NCBI GenBank assembly: GCA_016839805.1
Contig: JAEOTO010000027.1
Location: 1-53,331, forward strand
Reading direction: 5' to 3'
Length of the DNA stretch: 53,331 nucleotides
Origin: Candidatus Hermodarchaeota archaeon
Lineage (GTDB): Archaea; Asgardarchaeota; Hermodarchaeia; Hermodarchaeales; Hermodarchaeaceae
Part shown: one piece after another, positions 19,574 to 30,147 of the stretch
Numbering within the stretch: the stretch's first letter is position 1
Layout: each line of letters begins with the position of its first letter
Notes under the pieces: generated by a model
The model's input: only the letters and a program-made list of their open reading frames with translations
Databases searched by the model: none
What the model was told of the DNA's origin: nothing
Made by a program: the position numbers and the translations under genes

Positions 19574-21028
19574 TTGCCTGGTAACATAGATAAATTCGTA
19601 GAAGAAGCCACCAAAATTGTCGGTTCCGAACACATCACCACCAACCTTGCCATGCGCCACAGCTACATGGCCCGATCAGTCATGGGTATTCGTGCAGCAG
19701 TTTCAGAGGCCATTGTAAAACCCGCAGATACCAAAGAAACCCAAGCCATCGTGAACCTATGTAACAAATACACGATTCCGATTAGCCCCTATTCAGGAGG
19801 ACTGAGCGGGGGGTACGCTCAACCCCTCGAACCAGAAGGCATCATTCTTGATATGGTACGATTGAACAACATCATCGAAGTAGATGAAGACTCCCGTTAT
19901 GTCGTCGTCGAGCCAGGGGTGACAGCAGGCCAAGTTTGGGCCTATTTCCGAAAACACCACCCCGAATGGGCTCCACCCGTTCCAGATGGCGCTCCACCTC
20001 GTGCCACCTTAATTGGAGACGCCTTAGAACGTGGTTTTAGCCTCGTCACGAGTAAGTATGGACCCCAAGGTCGAATGATAAATGGTCTCGAAGTAATTCT
20101 CCCACGTGGTGACATCATCTACACAGGCAGCTGGGTTCTGAAAGGTTTCAAACCCTACTATCCCTGGGGTCCTGGACCCGATTTCACTGGACTCTTCCTC
20201 GGAGCTCAAGGCACGATGGGAATTATTACCAAAGCTGCTATCCGAATTGTCCCTCACCCCCCATACATTGACCTTATCGCCTATGATTATGACACCCCTG
20301 AAGTTATGCAAAACCACTCTATGGCAGTCCTCAAAAAAGAGGTAGGTGTCATGGTGCAAGGAGGAAATTGGTGGTTGGTTCCCAGCCGCAAAGATGAGCG
20401 AGAGGTTCCTAAAACCATCGAAGAATGGCGTAAGCAGAAATACTACATTCCCGAATGGCTCATGAACTACGAACTCTGGGCCCACACCGAAAAAGAAATG
20501 GAAAGCCAGAAAGAAATCGTTGAAGAAGAAGCCGAAAAAATCCGGAAAGCTGGTGACAAGGCAGAAGCCATGGAGCTGCACCCCCGCGCAAAAGCAGTAC
20601 GCCTTACGAAACCGAATCTCATCGCTGTTCCTTATGCAATGCATCGCGCTGGTTTTGTCTTCATCACCTGGTACACACCCTGGGCAGATTGTGCTGAGGT
20701 ATCTCGAGTTGCCGTGGAAACCATGGAGAAATTTGACATCCCACCGGTGATGTGGGTCGCTAGCATTGAACAGGGTCGTCAGTGTATTGCCATGCCCATC
20801 GCTACCTTTGATAGTCGCACGGAGAAGGGCTATGAGCAAGTGGAAGCCTGGGATAAACACTTCACTGAGATTGCGCATAAAAAAGGCTGGATAAACTACC
20901 GACCAAATGCGTTTATTCATTGGCCGGCGATGAAGCCGTTGATGCCTGAATATGTGAAGATGCTTAAGGAACTCAAAGCGCTTTGGGATCCGAACGGCAT
21001 CATGCATCCCGGACGCCTCTCAGTCTGA
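19574..21028 (+). CDS. FAD-binding oxidoreductase (PCMH/VAO-type fold)
   Basis: VEPGVT, GAQGTMGIITK and C-terminal WDPNGIMHPG; lacks the EHG motif of GlcD. TTG start at 19574 after GGAGG. Confidence 0.85.
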   Translation: MPGNIDKFVEEATKIVGSEHITTNLAMRHSYMARSVMGIRAAVSEAIVKPADTKETQAIVNLCNKYTIPISPYSGGLSGGYAQPLEPEGIILDMVRLNNIIEVDEDSRYVVVEPGVTAGQVWAYFRKHHPEWAPPVPDGAPPRATLIGDALERGFSLVTSKYGPQGRMINGLEVILPRGDIIYTGSWVLKGFKPYYPWGPGPDFTGLFLGAQGTMGIITKAAIRIVPHPPYIDLIAYDYDTPEVMQNHSMAVLKKEVGVMVQGGNWWLVPSRKDEREVPKTIEEWRKQKYYIPEWLMNYELWAHTEKEMESQKEIVEEEAEKIRKAGDKAEAMELHPRAKAVRLTKPNLIAVPYAMHRAGFVFITWYTPWADCAEVSRVAVETMEKFDIPPVMWVASIEQGRQCIAMPIATFDSRTEKGYEQVEAWDKHFTEIAHKKGWINYRPNAFIHWPAMKPLMPEYVKMLKELKALWDPNGIMHPGRLSV

Positions 21029-21166
21029 CTCTTTGATCTTGAATTCTGGTTATGCATGCCTCTACCATAGTGGATATTAGGTTGGGGCTACAAAGGTTTT
21101 TCAACCCGTCTTTACGGGAGATACACAGACAACCTGTATCTACCCGAGGTATGGTTTGAGATTAAA

Positions 21167-21649
21167 ATGGCAACCGATGATACTGCACATTCCCTAACAA
21201 TAATCGGAATCGTTGTAAACGGATTTTTCCTCTTCTTCATGTCCACTGCAATCTGGATCGTCCCGTGGCTCTTAGCTATTGGAGCGGTATGGGTCCTCCT
21301 GGGCATTATTCTCCCAATGATCGCTTACAAGGATATTTCAAGGGGGTCGCAAGGTCCAGCCGGAGCCCTCTTAATCATCTCAGGTATTTTTAGTCTAATC
21401 TTTATCTATATGATTGGTGGCATTCTCCTAATCGTTGCAGGAGCTTTAGTAGCGAGTTGGAATCCCTATCAATACCCCCGTCATCGAGCAACATCACACA
21501 GGTACTATGCGTCACCTCCTGCATATACTTCAACTTATATTTCACCAGTATCCGATGCTCGTACGAAAAAATGTGTAAATTGTGGCGTCGAGTTAGACCG
21601 GGAAGACCAATACTGTCATACCTGTGGTTCCCACGTGGGCTGGTATTAA
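21167..21649 (+). CDS. Membrane protein with C-terminal zinc ribbon
   Basis: Three or four TM helices followed by CVNCG...YCHTCG. Confidence 0.8.
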   Translation: MATDDTAHSLTIIGIVVNGFFLFFMSTAIWIVPWLLAIGAVWVLLGIILPMIAYKDISRGSQGPAGALLIISGIFSLIFIYMIGGILLIVAGALVASWNPYQYPRHRATSHRYYASPPAYTSTYISPVSDARTKKCVNCGVELDREDQYCHTCGSHVGWY

Positions 21650-21764
21650 CCATTAACGAACAGCAAGTTTCAACTAAATACGTTCTTCTTTTAAAGAGCC
21701 AAGTATTCGATATCAAAGTCAGAGACCACGGTCACAGAATGATAGAGGAGTCTTGGTCCCCTCA

Positions 21765-22511
21765 ATGAAGACGAATGAATTTGCAAGATTTGCTATTGTT
21801 GCGGGTATTTTTTTTAACGGATGGGCCTTAATCGTTTTACTACAAGTGTTGGGAATTTTGTCTTTCATCTTTGGATTTATTGGACTACTCATTGTACCTA
21901 CTGTTGGTGTCTCACTCCTTGCCCGCCATGCTTCTAAAGAAGCGGGAATCCTGTTGATAGTAAGCGGTTTTTTAACTTCAGGAATCCTGCTGCTCTTCCG
22001 AGTTCTAATACAATTAAATCTGCTCCTACCAAGTTTACTCGCATTTCCCAGCAGTATTATTTTCGTACTCACTGGTGGGATATTATCAGCAGAAACACAG
22101 AAAAACGATTCAGCAACTCCAGCCCGTGTTTTAGTCTTCATTGGGCTGACCATCAATACATTGGCTTTTACGTACCTGCTTTGGTTTTGGACGACACTGT
22201 TATTTCCCTATTATGTCCTTGTTGCACCCGATCCCATTCTTGGCCCTGCAAATTGGCCTGGCTTCGTTTTCGACCTCTTCATGATCTTCAGTTCGTTAGT
22301 TTTTGGCTTGATACTCCCCTCATTGGGTCTTGGTCTCATGTATCTTGGGAGAGGTAAGGCAGCAGTATGGTTGCTTCTGATCACTGGTGTTGTCAATGAA
22401 TTCTGGATTCCAATTGGCGGATTAACCATCATATTGGCTGGTAGTCTTATCTTACCAAATCAATACGTCAACACCAATTGCAAGTCCGCATTGTACACAC
22501 CAGATCCATGA
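21765..22511 (+). CDS. Polytopic membrane protein with an internally duplicated module
   Basis: About eight hydrophobic helices; the two halves share a G..LP...AxxLLxxxG...GGxxxxxAGxL-like pattern also seen in the upstream gene. Confidence 0.7.
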   Translation: MKTNEFARFAIVAGIFFNGWALIVLLQVLGILSFIFGFIGLLIVPTVGVSLLARHASKEAGILLIVSGFLTSGILLLFRVLIQLNLLLPSLLAFPSSIIFVLTGGILSAETQKNDSATPARVLVFIGLTINTLAFTYLLWFWTTLLFPYYVLVAPDPILGPANWPGFVFDLFMIFSSLVFGLILPSLGLGLMYLGRGKAAVWLLLITGVVNEFWIPIGGLTIILAGSLILPNQYVNTNCKSALYTPDP

Positions 22512-22647
22512 AAAATAAGAAGCCCAGCATTCAGATTTACGAAAGCCCGCTAAACACCGTACACTTTTTCGAAAAAAGGCAAAGGGTAAAAGGCATTAAC
22601 GTATGTGAAAGGCATCAATTGCCCTCACAATCTGGAGGACTTTGAAC

Positions 22648-23865
22648 ATGACCGAATCCGAAAAATCAAAGACCGAGCTCAAAGATTTTGAACTCGAAAT
22701 AGCCCGTTGCATTCACTGTAAAGCTTGTACCATCGCCGATGCTGCCAACCCGAAAGGCGGCTTTGAAGTGGGATGCCCTTCTTGGAGCGCTATGGAATGG
22801 GAAGCCTACAGTGGCGGTGCAAAATTATGGCTTGCTCGTGCCATCCTCGATGGCAACTATAAACTGGACACAGATGCAGGTGATCTCCTCTTTCGTTGCT
22901 CCACCTGCGGTCAATGTGAAGAACAATGTGAAAATGAGTTACCGACGGTTGATATTATTGAAGCCATGCGTGCTGAGGCTGTGAAAGCTGGTGTTGGTCC
23001 CTTAGATAAGCAAATTGGCTACTCTAAGGCTACTGAAATAAAGCGAAATCCGTATAATGAAGAACATGCGTCTCGGACCGCCTGGGTGCCTAAAGAATTC
23101 AAGCTGAAAGACAAAGCGGAAGTAATCTATTTTGTCGGATGCACAGCCTCCTATCGGTTACAAGAACTCGCGGTTTCCACGATGCGAGTCATGGATAAGC
23201 TTGGCGCAGATGTAACGGTGAAAGAAGATGAGTGGTGCTGTTGTTCACCATTGATCCGTGTGGGTAAATTAGATTTGGTCAAAGACTATGTGAAACACAA
23301 CGTAGAGCTCTTCCAGAACGCTGGAGCAAAGGTCGTTGTCTCATCATGTGCTGGTTGTTTCCGTACGATGAAACGGGACTGGCCAAAATATTATGGGCTA
23401 CTTCCCTTTGAAGTGAAACATAGCGTCAACTACATCGCAGAACTTCTTGAGAGTGGTAAGGCCAAGCTGAACCCCCTTAAAGGCATTAAAGCGACCTATC
23501 ATGATCCCTGCCACTACGGACGACATGTCGCCCATCTCATCAAGGACCGCAAGGAGAAAGCAGAATGGTTTGAAGTCCCCCGCAAGATCCTCCGAATACT
23601 TCTAGGCGATAACTTCGTCGAGATGCCACGCACCAAGGAAAATGCGTGGTGCTGTGGAGCAGGTGGTGGTGCTCGAGCTCAGTTCCCCGACTGGACCCTG
23701 GATACTTCTATTGAACGCATCAAAGAAGCCGAAGAAACGGGAGCCACCCATTTAGTGAGTGCGTGCCCATTCTGTGAAACTTCGCTACAATTAGCGATTG
23801 AAAAGAGTGAGTCCAAACTGAAGATGGTGGACCTCATCCAGTTCGTTGAAGACGCCCTAGAATAG
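22648..23865 (+). CDS. Fe-S oxidoreductase with two CCG domains (GlcF/HdrD-like)
   Basis: CxxCxxC...CP and CxxCxxCxxxC ferredoxin motifs; YFVGC, WCCCSP, SCAGC, YHDPCHYGR, WCCGAGGG and ACPFC. Confidence 0.9.
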   Translation: MTESEKSKTELKDFELEIARCIHCKACTIADAANPKGGFEVGCPSWSAMEWEAYSGGAKLWLARAILDGNYKLDTDAGDLLFRCSTCGQCEEQCENELPTVDIIEAMRAEAVKAGVGPLDKQIGYSKATEIKRNPYNEEHASRTAWVPKEFKLKDKAEVIYFVGCTASYRLQELAVSTMRVMDKLGADVTVKEDEWCCCSPLIRVGKLDLVKDYVKHNVELFQNAGAKVVVSSCAGCFRTMKRDWPKYYGLLPFEVKHSVNYIAELLESGKAKLNPLKGIKATYHDPCHYGRHVAHLIKDRKEKAEWFEVPRKILRILLGDNFVEMPRTKENAWCCGAGGGARAQFPDWTLDTSIERIKEAEETGATHLVSACPFCETSLQLAIEKSESKLKMVDLIQFVEDALE

Positions 23866-24111
23866 ACTACCTCTTTTCTTCCTAAATACAGAAATTCAAT
23901 ATTATACCTATATAGTCAGTAGTGAGTTTATAGTTCTAGTGCCTCCTTTATTGGAAATAACGTTTATTAGCAACTTATTGACAAAATCTGTGCTGGATGG
24001 TTGATTGGATGGTTCACACTAGAGTCCCTAGTGTATTGTAAATTTCAGTTAATTCATAGTTCCCCATTCGATTCATCATTCTGGAGGGTAATCTGTAGGA
24101 GGACAAATTTC

Positions 24112-27100
24112 ATGAAAGGGAGCCACCAGATCGGTGCCATATTATTGTGTTTATGTTTTCTGACAGCGTCTTTTTTCATCCCGCCAATGCCAATGATTTC
24201 ATCAAGAAATGATACATCAGAAATTCGTTTTCAAGGAGCGGATGAAAAACCTTACAAATCAGATGAAAAGTATCCAATATCACCAGCAGAACTGGCGAAG
24301 GATATTCAGAATCTAGCAAGAAATGATCCAACTCCACCTGGTCCAATATTCGTGCAAATCACATCCACAGGAAGTGCTAATCCACCCCATTTTATCCGCT
24401 CAACTTCAGGGCGCTTTTACATGGTATACGCCTATGGCGGAGACGTATTGATTACAAATTCCTCGAATGGTCTAAGTTGGAGTTCACCAATATACATCGA
24501 AACTGGCGGTACATATTCCATGCATGGTTCTGATATCTGTCAGACAAGTGATGGGATGTTCTATGTAGTAATGCGACGCAATACCGGCGGCGGATTCTAT
24601 GAAGATATATACATCACAAATTCATCAGATGGAATTACCTGGGAAACTCCCGCACCACTCGTTACCACATCTACATATGATACGTTTCCAAGAATCACAA
24701 AGGGTCTTGATGATAGTCTTTGGGTATTATATTCACATTCAGTAACTGCAAGTACATCCGGTGATTGGGACCTTTATGTACTGAATTCGACGGATGGCGT
24801 TAACTGGAGCAGCCCGCGACAGATAACAGATGAAACTTTTCAAGAACGATGGGGTGACATCTTAGTTGCTAGCGATGGATCAGTCCATGTAAGCTATCAA
24901 AAATATCAAAGTGGCACTTTCTGGGTTTTTGAAACGCACTCAGATGATGGTATAATCTGGAGTGAAGGAGTAGAGGTCGTCTCTTCTTCGTATGTCCCAA
25001 CTCATGGAGGTTCCTTAACCCAAACAAATGATGGTCGGTTTTTATTAACATTCGACGCAAACTCCGATAGCAACCTCTATATGCTCAAATCTAAAGATGG
25101 AATAGTGTGGACACCACCTGAAATAATTGCACAATCAGTAATGACACAGGAATACCCAGATATTTTTGCTGAAGGAAATACACTTCACCTGGTTTTCCGG
25201 ACCGGAGGCAATGCCTATTATGGGCGCGACTCGATTACTCCTCTCATTTCGTTAGAATGGCAATACGATACCGGAGCTGGTATTCGGGGATCACCTACGA
25301 TTGCAGATATCGATCATGATGGGCAATATGAGGTGCTTATGGTCTCTGATACGGGGAATTTAAACTGTGTCAATACCACTGGCGACTTGGAATGGAGCTA
25401 CCCAGCAGGTGGTAACCTCCATACGACGCCGGCAGTTGCTGATATTGATGCTGATGGATATCTAGAAGTGGCCTTCGGATCATGGAATGGCTGGTTGTTC
25501 TGCATTAATGGTTCCGGTGACCTAGAATGGAGTTATAACACCGGTGATACGATTTACAGTTCCTCAGCGTGTATCGCCGATGTCGATCATGATAACGATC
25601 TCGAAATCTTAATTGGTTCACGCGATAACCGAATCCATTGCCTTAACTACTCTGGATATGTTGAATGGACTTTTCTCACAGGGGGTGATGTGGATTCCTC
25701 ACCAGCTGCAGCAGATGTCGATGGTGACGGGCGTGTTGAGATCGTTACCGGTTCAGACGACCATTACTTGTACTGTCTAAATGGCTCAACAGGGGCCCAG
25801 GAATGGCGCTATCCTGTAGGCGGAGGTATGCTCATGCATTCTGAACCCATTGTAGCTGATGTAGACCTAGATGACGAACCCGAGATCATTGTTGGTTCAG
25901 ATAGTGGAATAGTCTACTGCTTCAACGGCACTGGCACCGTAGAATGGAGTTACACCACCGGAGCTGACATTGATTCTAGCCCTACAGTAGCTGATGTTGA
26001 TCAAGATGGTAAAATGGAGGTGCTCATTGGATCAGATACCAACTATCTATACTGTCTAAATGATACTGGTGACCTCGAATGGTCCTACCTAACTGGTGGA
26101 GATGTCTACACCTCGCCGTGTGTTACTGATATAGATGGCGATGGTCAATTAGACATTCTCTTTGGCTCTGCTAGTGACAACAAGATCCACTGGCTAAACT
26201 CAACAGGCCATTTAGTCTGGGAATACGTTCTAGGTAGCGTTTCCTGGCCCGTTGTTTTTGACATCGACCGTGATGGCCACCAAGAAATCCTGGCAGGTTC
26301 GAGTTACTACTTGTACTGTTTTGAAGTCTTTTGGATTGATATTGCTGAATATCGTTGGCCTAGCATTTGTTATCGGGCAGATCTTAATCACACTGCAAAC
26401 TATGTCGATAGTGACAATGACCATCTCCCAGATGGATATGAAATATGCGCCGGAACCAATCCCTATACTAATGACACTGATTACGATCTTTTCACGGATT
26501 TCGAAGAATTCACTTTTGTCACTAATCCTGCAGAATCACTTGTAAACGTCTTTTTTGACGATTTTGAAGATGGGAACGCGGATAACTGGTATGCCTGGAA
26601 ATCTCAATGTACAGCAGAATGGTCAGTGGCTACCATTGCTGGCCGGAAGTGGGTCCACCACAGCTACACGGGTTCCACTACTGGTCATACTGATGGTAAT
26701 TTTCTAGTTTCAGAATTTTGTACTATAGATTTGTCGAAAGACTTCACAATAGAGTGCTTGGCTCGATATAGTCATCCCAGTATGTGGTTTGGTATGGGCA
26801 TCAGTTTTGCTAATGATACCTTCCTCCTCAACTTTCCCCGAATAGGAACCTTGGATAATATCTTTCAACTCTTCGACTTCGAAGAAAAGATAAGGGCACC
26901 CGTCGTTGTCATCCAAGACACTAACTACTATATTAAACTCGTAAAGATCGGTTCTAACATTAAGGGTTATGTGAACGACTCTTTAATCCTTGAAGCCAAT
27001 CGGGCATGCACCGGAATCGGCCAACTAGCAGTAAATAGTAGAGGTGACTATGGACACGCTGCCGAAGCATCCTATGATTGGGTGAGAGCATATGGCCCAG

Positions 27101-28800
27101 GAATAACAAATCTTGCAGGTCCATGGTGTGATAATGATGATGATGGGATTCCTAACTATCTCGATACAAGTATTTTTGATGTCATTATTCTTGATGGCCC
27201 AGTTGAAGCATACGATCTTACTTGGAATCCAACAGCCTATACTGTCCTTCCGTCGATCTCACCAAACAAGATGTTGAACTACTTCCATTATTGGGGTATC
27301 AATGATTTAGGCATCTATAGTACAGTGATTGCGTTGGTATTCGAGATTGGACATCCTTTCGCAGATGCTGAGGAAATTGCTAATTGGCTCGATGATTTGG
27401 GTCTCATGGAAGTTGGTGGGAAAGAAAATGCAGAAAATCTTTTGACTGAAATTCTCTGCTCAGATGGTAAGATAAGAGTAATGACTCTTTTCCTTTTCAA
27501 CAGTGAAACTGATTGGCAATTATTAAACTATCTTTTAGATGATTCTATTCCTATACCCCCCCAAATCAATCCTCCCTTAGCCCTTAGCGTAATAGCCGCC
27601 ATGATAATTACAGGTTTGATATCAGTTGGCCTGACGATTTGGCACAGACACATTCAGATGATGAAGAATCCAGGGACTCAGGAAGATTTACAGGAAACCT
27701 TAGAACTTGGTTTTTCATTTACATTATGGACAATGTTGGGCGCATTTGCCAGTATGGCAGTAAATCCAGTATGGGGATACTATATAAGTTGTTTTTCCAT
27801 TGCAACTTCGGCGATTGGTATCTTAGAGGATTTAGGAAGCGATCCTTATTTCGATGTTCAAGTCCGAAATTCAACTGGCCATATGGTTTTAGGTATTGAT
27901 TATCAAACAGGCCAAATGACTAATACTTCAACTGTAGGAGTTTGTGGATGTCGAACAGATGGAGCACAAATTGTGGTCTTATCCAGAACTGCTGGACCAT
28001 TTAATATTACTGCAAAATTAGATGCACCAGAAGAAGTAAATTACACTCTTGCACATTGGGACCCCATTGAAGCTAAAACTAGTGAATCATCTGGAACCTT
28101 ATCACCAGGTGAGACAACATCTGCAATACTAGATATGATAGCCCCCACCTGGGTGACCAACCTAATAGACCAGAATGTTGAATTTGGTAACAGTCTGGCT
28201 TATGATTTAGATTCCACAGATCCTTCAGGAATTGATACCTGGTGGATAAATGATACAAACCACTTTTCGATAACACAAACCGGTTTAATTACGAACGCTA
28301 TCGACCTTGCAGTTGGAACTTATGGGCTAATGGTGAATGTCAATGATACACTTGGTAATATTCTCACAGGTAACTTCCAAGTTTTTGTACGTGACACGAT
28401 TGCACCCAGTTGGACAATAGCACCCACTGATCAGACTCTAGAGTATGGGCAAGCGCTAGATTATCAATTGCAGGCTTCTGACCTTTCAGGAATAGCTCGG
28501 TGGACCGTCACAGATTCGGTGCATTTTGCGATTAGTGGGTCTGGCCGTTTGACTAATATTACGACTCTCGATCCGGGAGTGTATAGTTTTACAGTGGCCG
28601 CCTATGATCCTTATGATAATCAGGTTATTGCAACTATTTCAGTGACGGTTCAACAACCGGGCACCCCAACACAACCCACTACTCCGCCTCCACCACCAGC
28701 AATTCCTGGTTTTCCATTTGCAGCGATTTTTATTGGGCTAATGATGAGCTTCTTACTAATTGTTGTACTAAGAAGAAAACGAAAACCCGCAAAAATCTGA
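24112..28800 (+). CDS. Very large multidomain cell-surface protein (BNR/sialidase-like propeller, FG-GAP propeller, Ca-binding DxDxD repeats, Ig/cadherin-like repeats, IPGFP-TM C-terminal tail)
   Basis: Signal peptide; SxDGxxW Asp-box repeats; about eight ADxDxDGxxE repeats; DSDNDHLPDGYE/GTNP; two DxIAPxW repeats; PAIPGFP followed by a hydrophobic helix and RRKRK. Start taken as ATG 24112 after AGGAGG. Confidence 0.85.
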   Translation: MKGSHQIGAILLCLCFLTASFFIPPMPMISSRNDTSEIRFQGADEKPYKSDEKYPISPAELAKDIQNLARNDPTPPGPIFVQITSTGSANPPHFIRSTSGRFYMVYAYGGDVLITNSSNGLSWSSPIYIETGGTYSMHGSDICQTSDGMFYVVMRRNTGGGFYEDIYITNSSDGITWETPAPLVTTSTYDTFPRITKGLDDSLWVLYSHSVTASTSGDWDLYVLNSTDGVNWSSPRQITDETFQERWGDILVASDGSVHVSYQKYQSGTFWVFETHSDDGIIWSEGVEVVSSSYVPTHGGSLTQTNDGRFLLTFDANSDSNLYMLKSKDGIVWTPPEIIAQSVMTQEYPDIFAEGNTLHLVFRTGGNAYYGRDSITPLISLEWQYDTGAGIRGSPTIADIDHDGQYEVLMVSDTGNLNCVNTTGDLEWSYPAGGNLHTTPAVADIDADGYLEVAFGSWNGWLFCINGSGDLEWSYNTGDTIYSSSACIADVDHDNDLEILIGSRDNRIHCLNYSGYVEWTFLTGGDVDSSPAAADVDGDGRVEIVTGSDDHYLYCLNGSTGAQEWRYPVGGGMLMHSEPIVADVDLDDEPEIIVGSDSGIVYCFNGTGTVEWSYTTGADIDSSPTVADVDQDGKMEVLIGSDTNYLYCLNDTGDLEWSYLTGGDVYTSPCVTDIDGDGQLDILFGSASDNKIHWLNSTGHLVWEYVLGSVSWPVVFDIDRDGHQEILAGSSYYLYCFEVFWIDIAEYRWPSICYRADLNHTANYVDSDNDHLPDGYEICAGTNPYTNDTDYDLFTDFEEFTFVTNPAESLVNVFFDDFEDGNADNWYAWKSQCTAEWSVATIAGRKWVHHSYTGSTTGHTDGNFLVSEFCTIDLSKDFTIECLARYSHPSMWFGMGISFANDTFLLNFPRIGTLDNIFQLFDFEEKIRAPVVVIQDTNYYIKLVKIGSNIKGYVNDSLILEANRACTGIGQLAVNSRGDYGHAAEASYDWVRAYGPGITNLAGPWCDNDDDGIPNYLDTSIFDVIILDGPVEAYDLTWNPTAYTVLPSISPNKMLNYFHYWGINDLGIYSTVIALVFEIGHPFADAEEIANWLDDLGLMEVGGKENAENLLTEILCSDGKIRVMTLFLFNSETDWQLLNYLLDDSIPIPPQINPPLALSVIAAMIITGLISVGLTIWHRHIQMMKNPGTQEDLQETLELGFSFTLWTMLGAFASMAVNPVWGYYISCFSIATSAIGILEDLGSDPYFDVQVRNSTGHMVLGIDYQTGQMTNTSTVGVCGCRTDGAQIVVLSRTAGPFNITAKLDAPEEVNYTLAHWDPIEAKTSESSGTLSPGETTSAILDMIAPTWVTNLIDQNVEFGNSLAYDLDSTDPSGIDTWWINDTNHFSITQTGLITNAIDLAVGTYGLMVNVNDTLGNILTGNFQVFVRDTIAPSWTIAPTDQTLEYGQALDYQLQASDLSGIARWTVTDSVHFAISGSGRLTNITTLDPGVYSFTVAAYDPYDNQVIATISVTVQQPGTPTQPTTPPPPPAIPGFPFAAIFIGLMMSFLLIVVLRRKRKPAKI

Positions 28801-28983
28801 GAAGTGATCCGTTCATAAATTCGAATCGACCGTCAACTGAAGTAAGAGAGTTGATTCTGAAAATCCGGTTTCAGGTTAATTTGAATGCCGTGATTTGTAA
28901 TTAGATTGGTTTAACTTGGTATTTTTTAGGTAGGGTAGGTATTGTTACCCTAGAATATATTCAGGAAATCGGATTGGATTCCC

Positions 28984-30147
28984 GTGGCGCGTTCATATAA
29001 GATCCAGGTGCTTCCCGGTGATGGGATTGGACCTGAAGTTATTGATGAAGCTGTGAAGGTACTCAACACCATTGCCATAGGAATTTCAGGGTTGAATTTA
29101 TCATTTCATGAGTTTCCTTGTGGTGGGAAATACTATCTGGAAACGGGTTGTGAATGGCCGGGGGAAGCGGAGGTCTTTGCGCGACAAGAAGCAGATGCGA
29201 TTCTCCTTGGCGCTGTGGGGTGGGAGAAAAGCCCAGGTGAACCGGTGCGTCGAGAAGATGGCCAAATGGCGGGAGCAGCGGTGGTTTTAGGGCAGCGCCG
29301 TGAACTTCAATTGTATGCGAATGTTCGTCCAGTTAAACTGTATCCGGGTATCCCGACGCCTTTAGCTGATAAGCAACCAGATGATATTGACTTTGTGATT
29401 ATCCGTGAAAACACCGAGGGGCTCTACTCAGGTATCGGAAAGCACTATCAGGAGGATACAGCTGAAGAGTTAGCGATTGATGTTCGTCCGATTTCTCGTG
29501 TTGGAGCCGAACGCGTAATCCGTTACGCTTTTAATCTCGCGCAGAAACGCCGACAGGGCGCTCCTCGCGATGGGAAACGTCGCGTTACGTGTGTAGATAA
29601 AAGCAATGTACTCTTGGGGGACCAATTATTCCGTCGAGTCTTTGCAGAGTGTGCCCATAGTTTTCCTCAATTGGAACCAGACTACGCCTATATTGATGCT
29701 TGGACCATGTGGTGTCTTCGACAGCCTGAATACTATAATGTCATTGTAACACCGAATCTCTATGGTGATATCATCACAGATCTGGGGGCTGCAATTCAAG
29801 GTGGGATGGGAGTGGCTGCCGGGGGGAATATTGGGGATAGTCAAGCTATGTTTGAACCCATTCACGGTTCTGCGCCGCGCCATGCAGGTAAACGCCGAGC
29901 GAACCCTACTGCTGCCATTTTAGCTGGGAAAATGTTATTGGAATGGCTGGCTGAACGGCATAAAGATCAAAATGCGTTGCATGCTGCCACAGTTGTTGAA
30001 CAGGCAGTCGTTGATGTTCTTAAGGAAGGTCGTATTCGAACCTACGATTTATGTGTTGGTCCCTATGCGCAGTTAAAGCCTTCGACAACCAAACAAGTGG
30101 GAACCGCAATTAGGAAGAGAATTCAACAACTACTGAAAGAGAAGTGA
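28984..30147 (+). CDS. Beta-decarboxylating dehydrogenase, isopropylmalate/homoisocitrate family (LeuB-like)
   Basis: LPGDGIGPEV, YANVRP, IRENTEG, VDKSNV, NLYGDIITD and FEPIHGSAP; substrate not resolvable by eye. Confidence 0.9.
   Translation: MARSYKIQVLPGDGIGPEVIDEAVKVLNTIAIGISGLNLSFHEFPCGGKYYLETGCEWPGEAEVFARQEADAILLGAVGWEKSPGEPVRREDGQMAGAAVVLGQRRELQLYANVRPVKLYPGIPTPLADKQPDDIDFVIIRENTEGLYSGIGKHYQEDTAEELAIDVRPISRVGAERVIRYAFNLAQKRRQGAPRDGKRRVTCVDKSNVLLGDQLFRRVFAECAHSFPQLEPDYAYIDAWTMWCLRQPEYYNVIVTPNLYGDIITDLGAAIQGGMGVAAGGNIGDSQAMFEPIHGSAPRHAGKRRANPTAAILAGKMLLEWLAERHKDQNALHAATVVEQAVVDVLKEGRIRTYDLCVGPYAQLKPSTTKQVGTAIRKRIQQLLKEK

Noticed and set aside
20024-21007. 327-aa antisense ORF
   Set aside because: It lies entirely opposite the well-supported FAD oxidoreductase and is a shadow ORF.
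28890-28983. Short palindromes upstream of the leuB-like operon as an attenuator
   Set aside because: Stems are 7 bp or shorter, with no leader peptide or terminator; they cannot be distinguished from chance.
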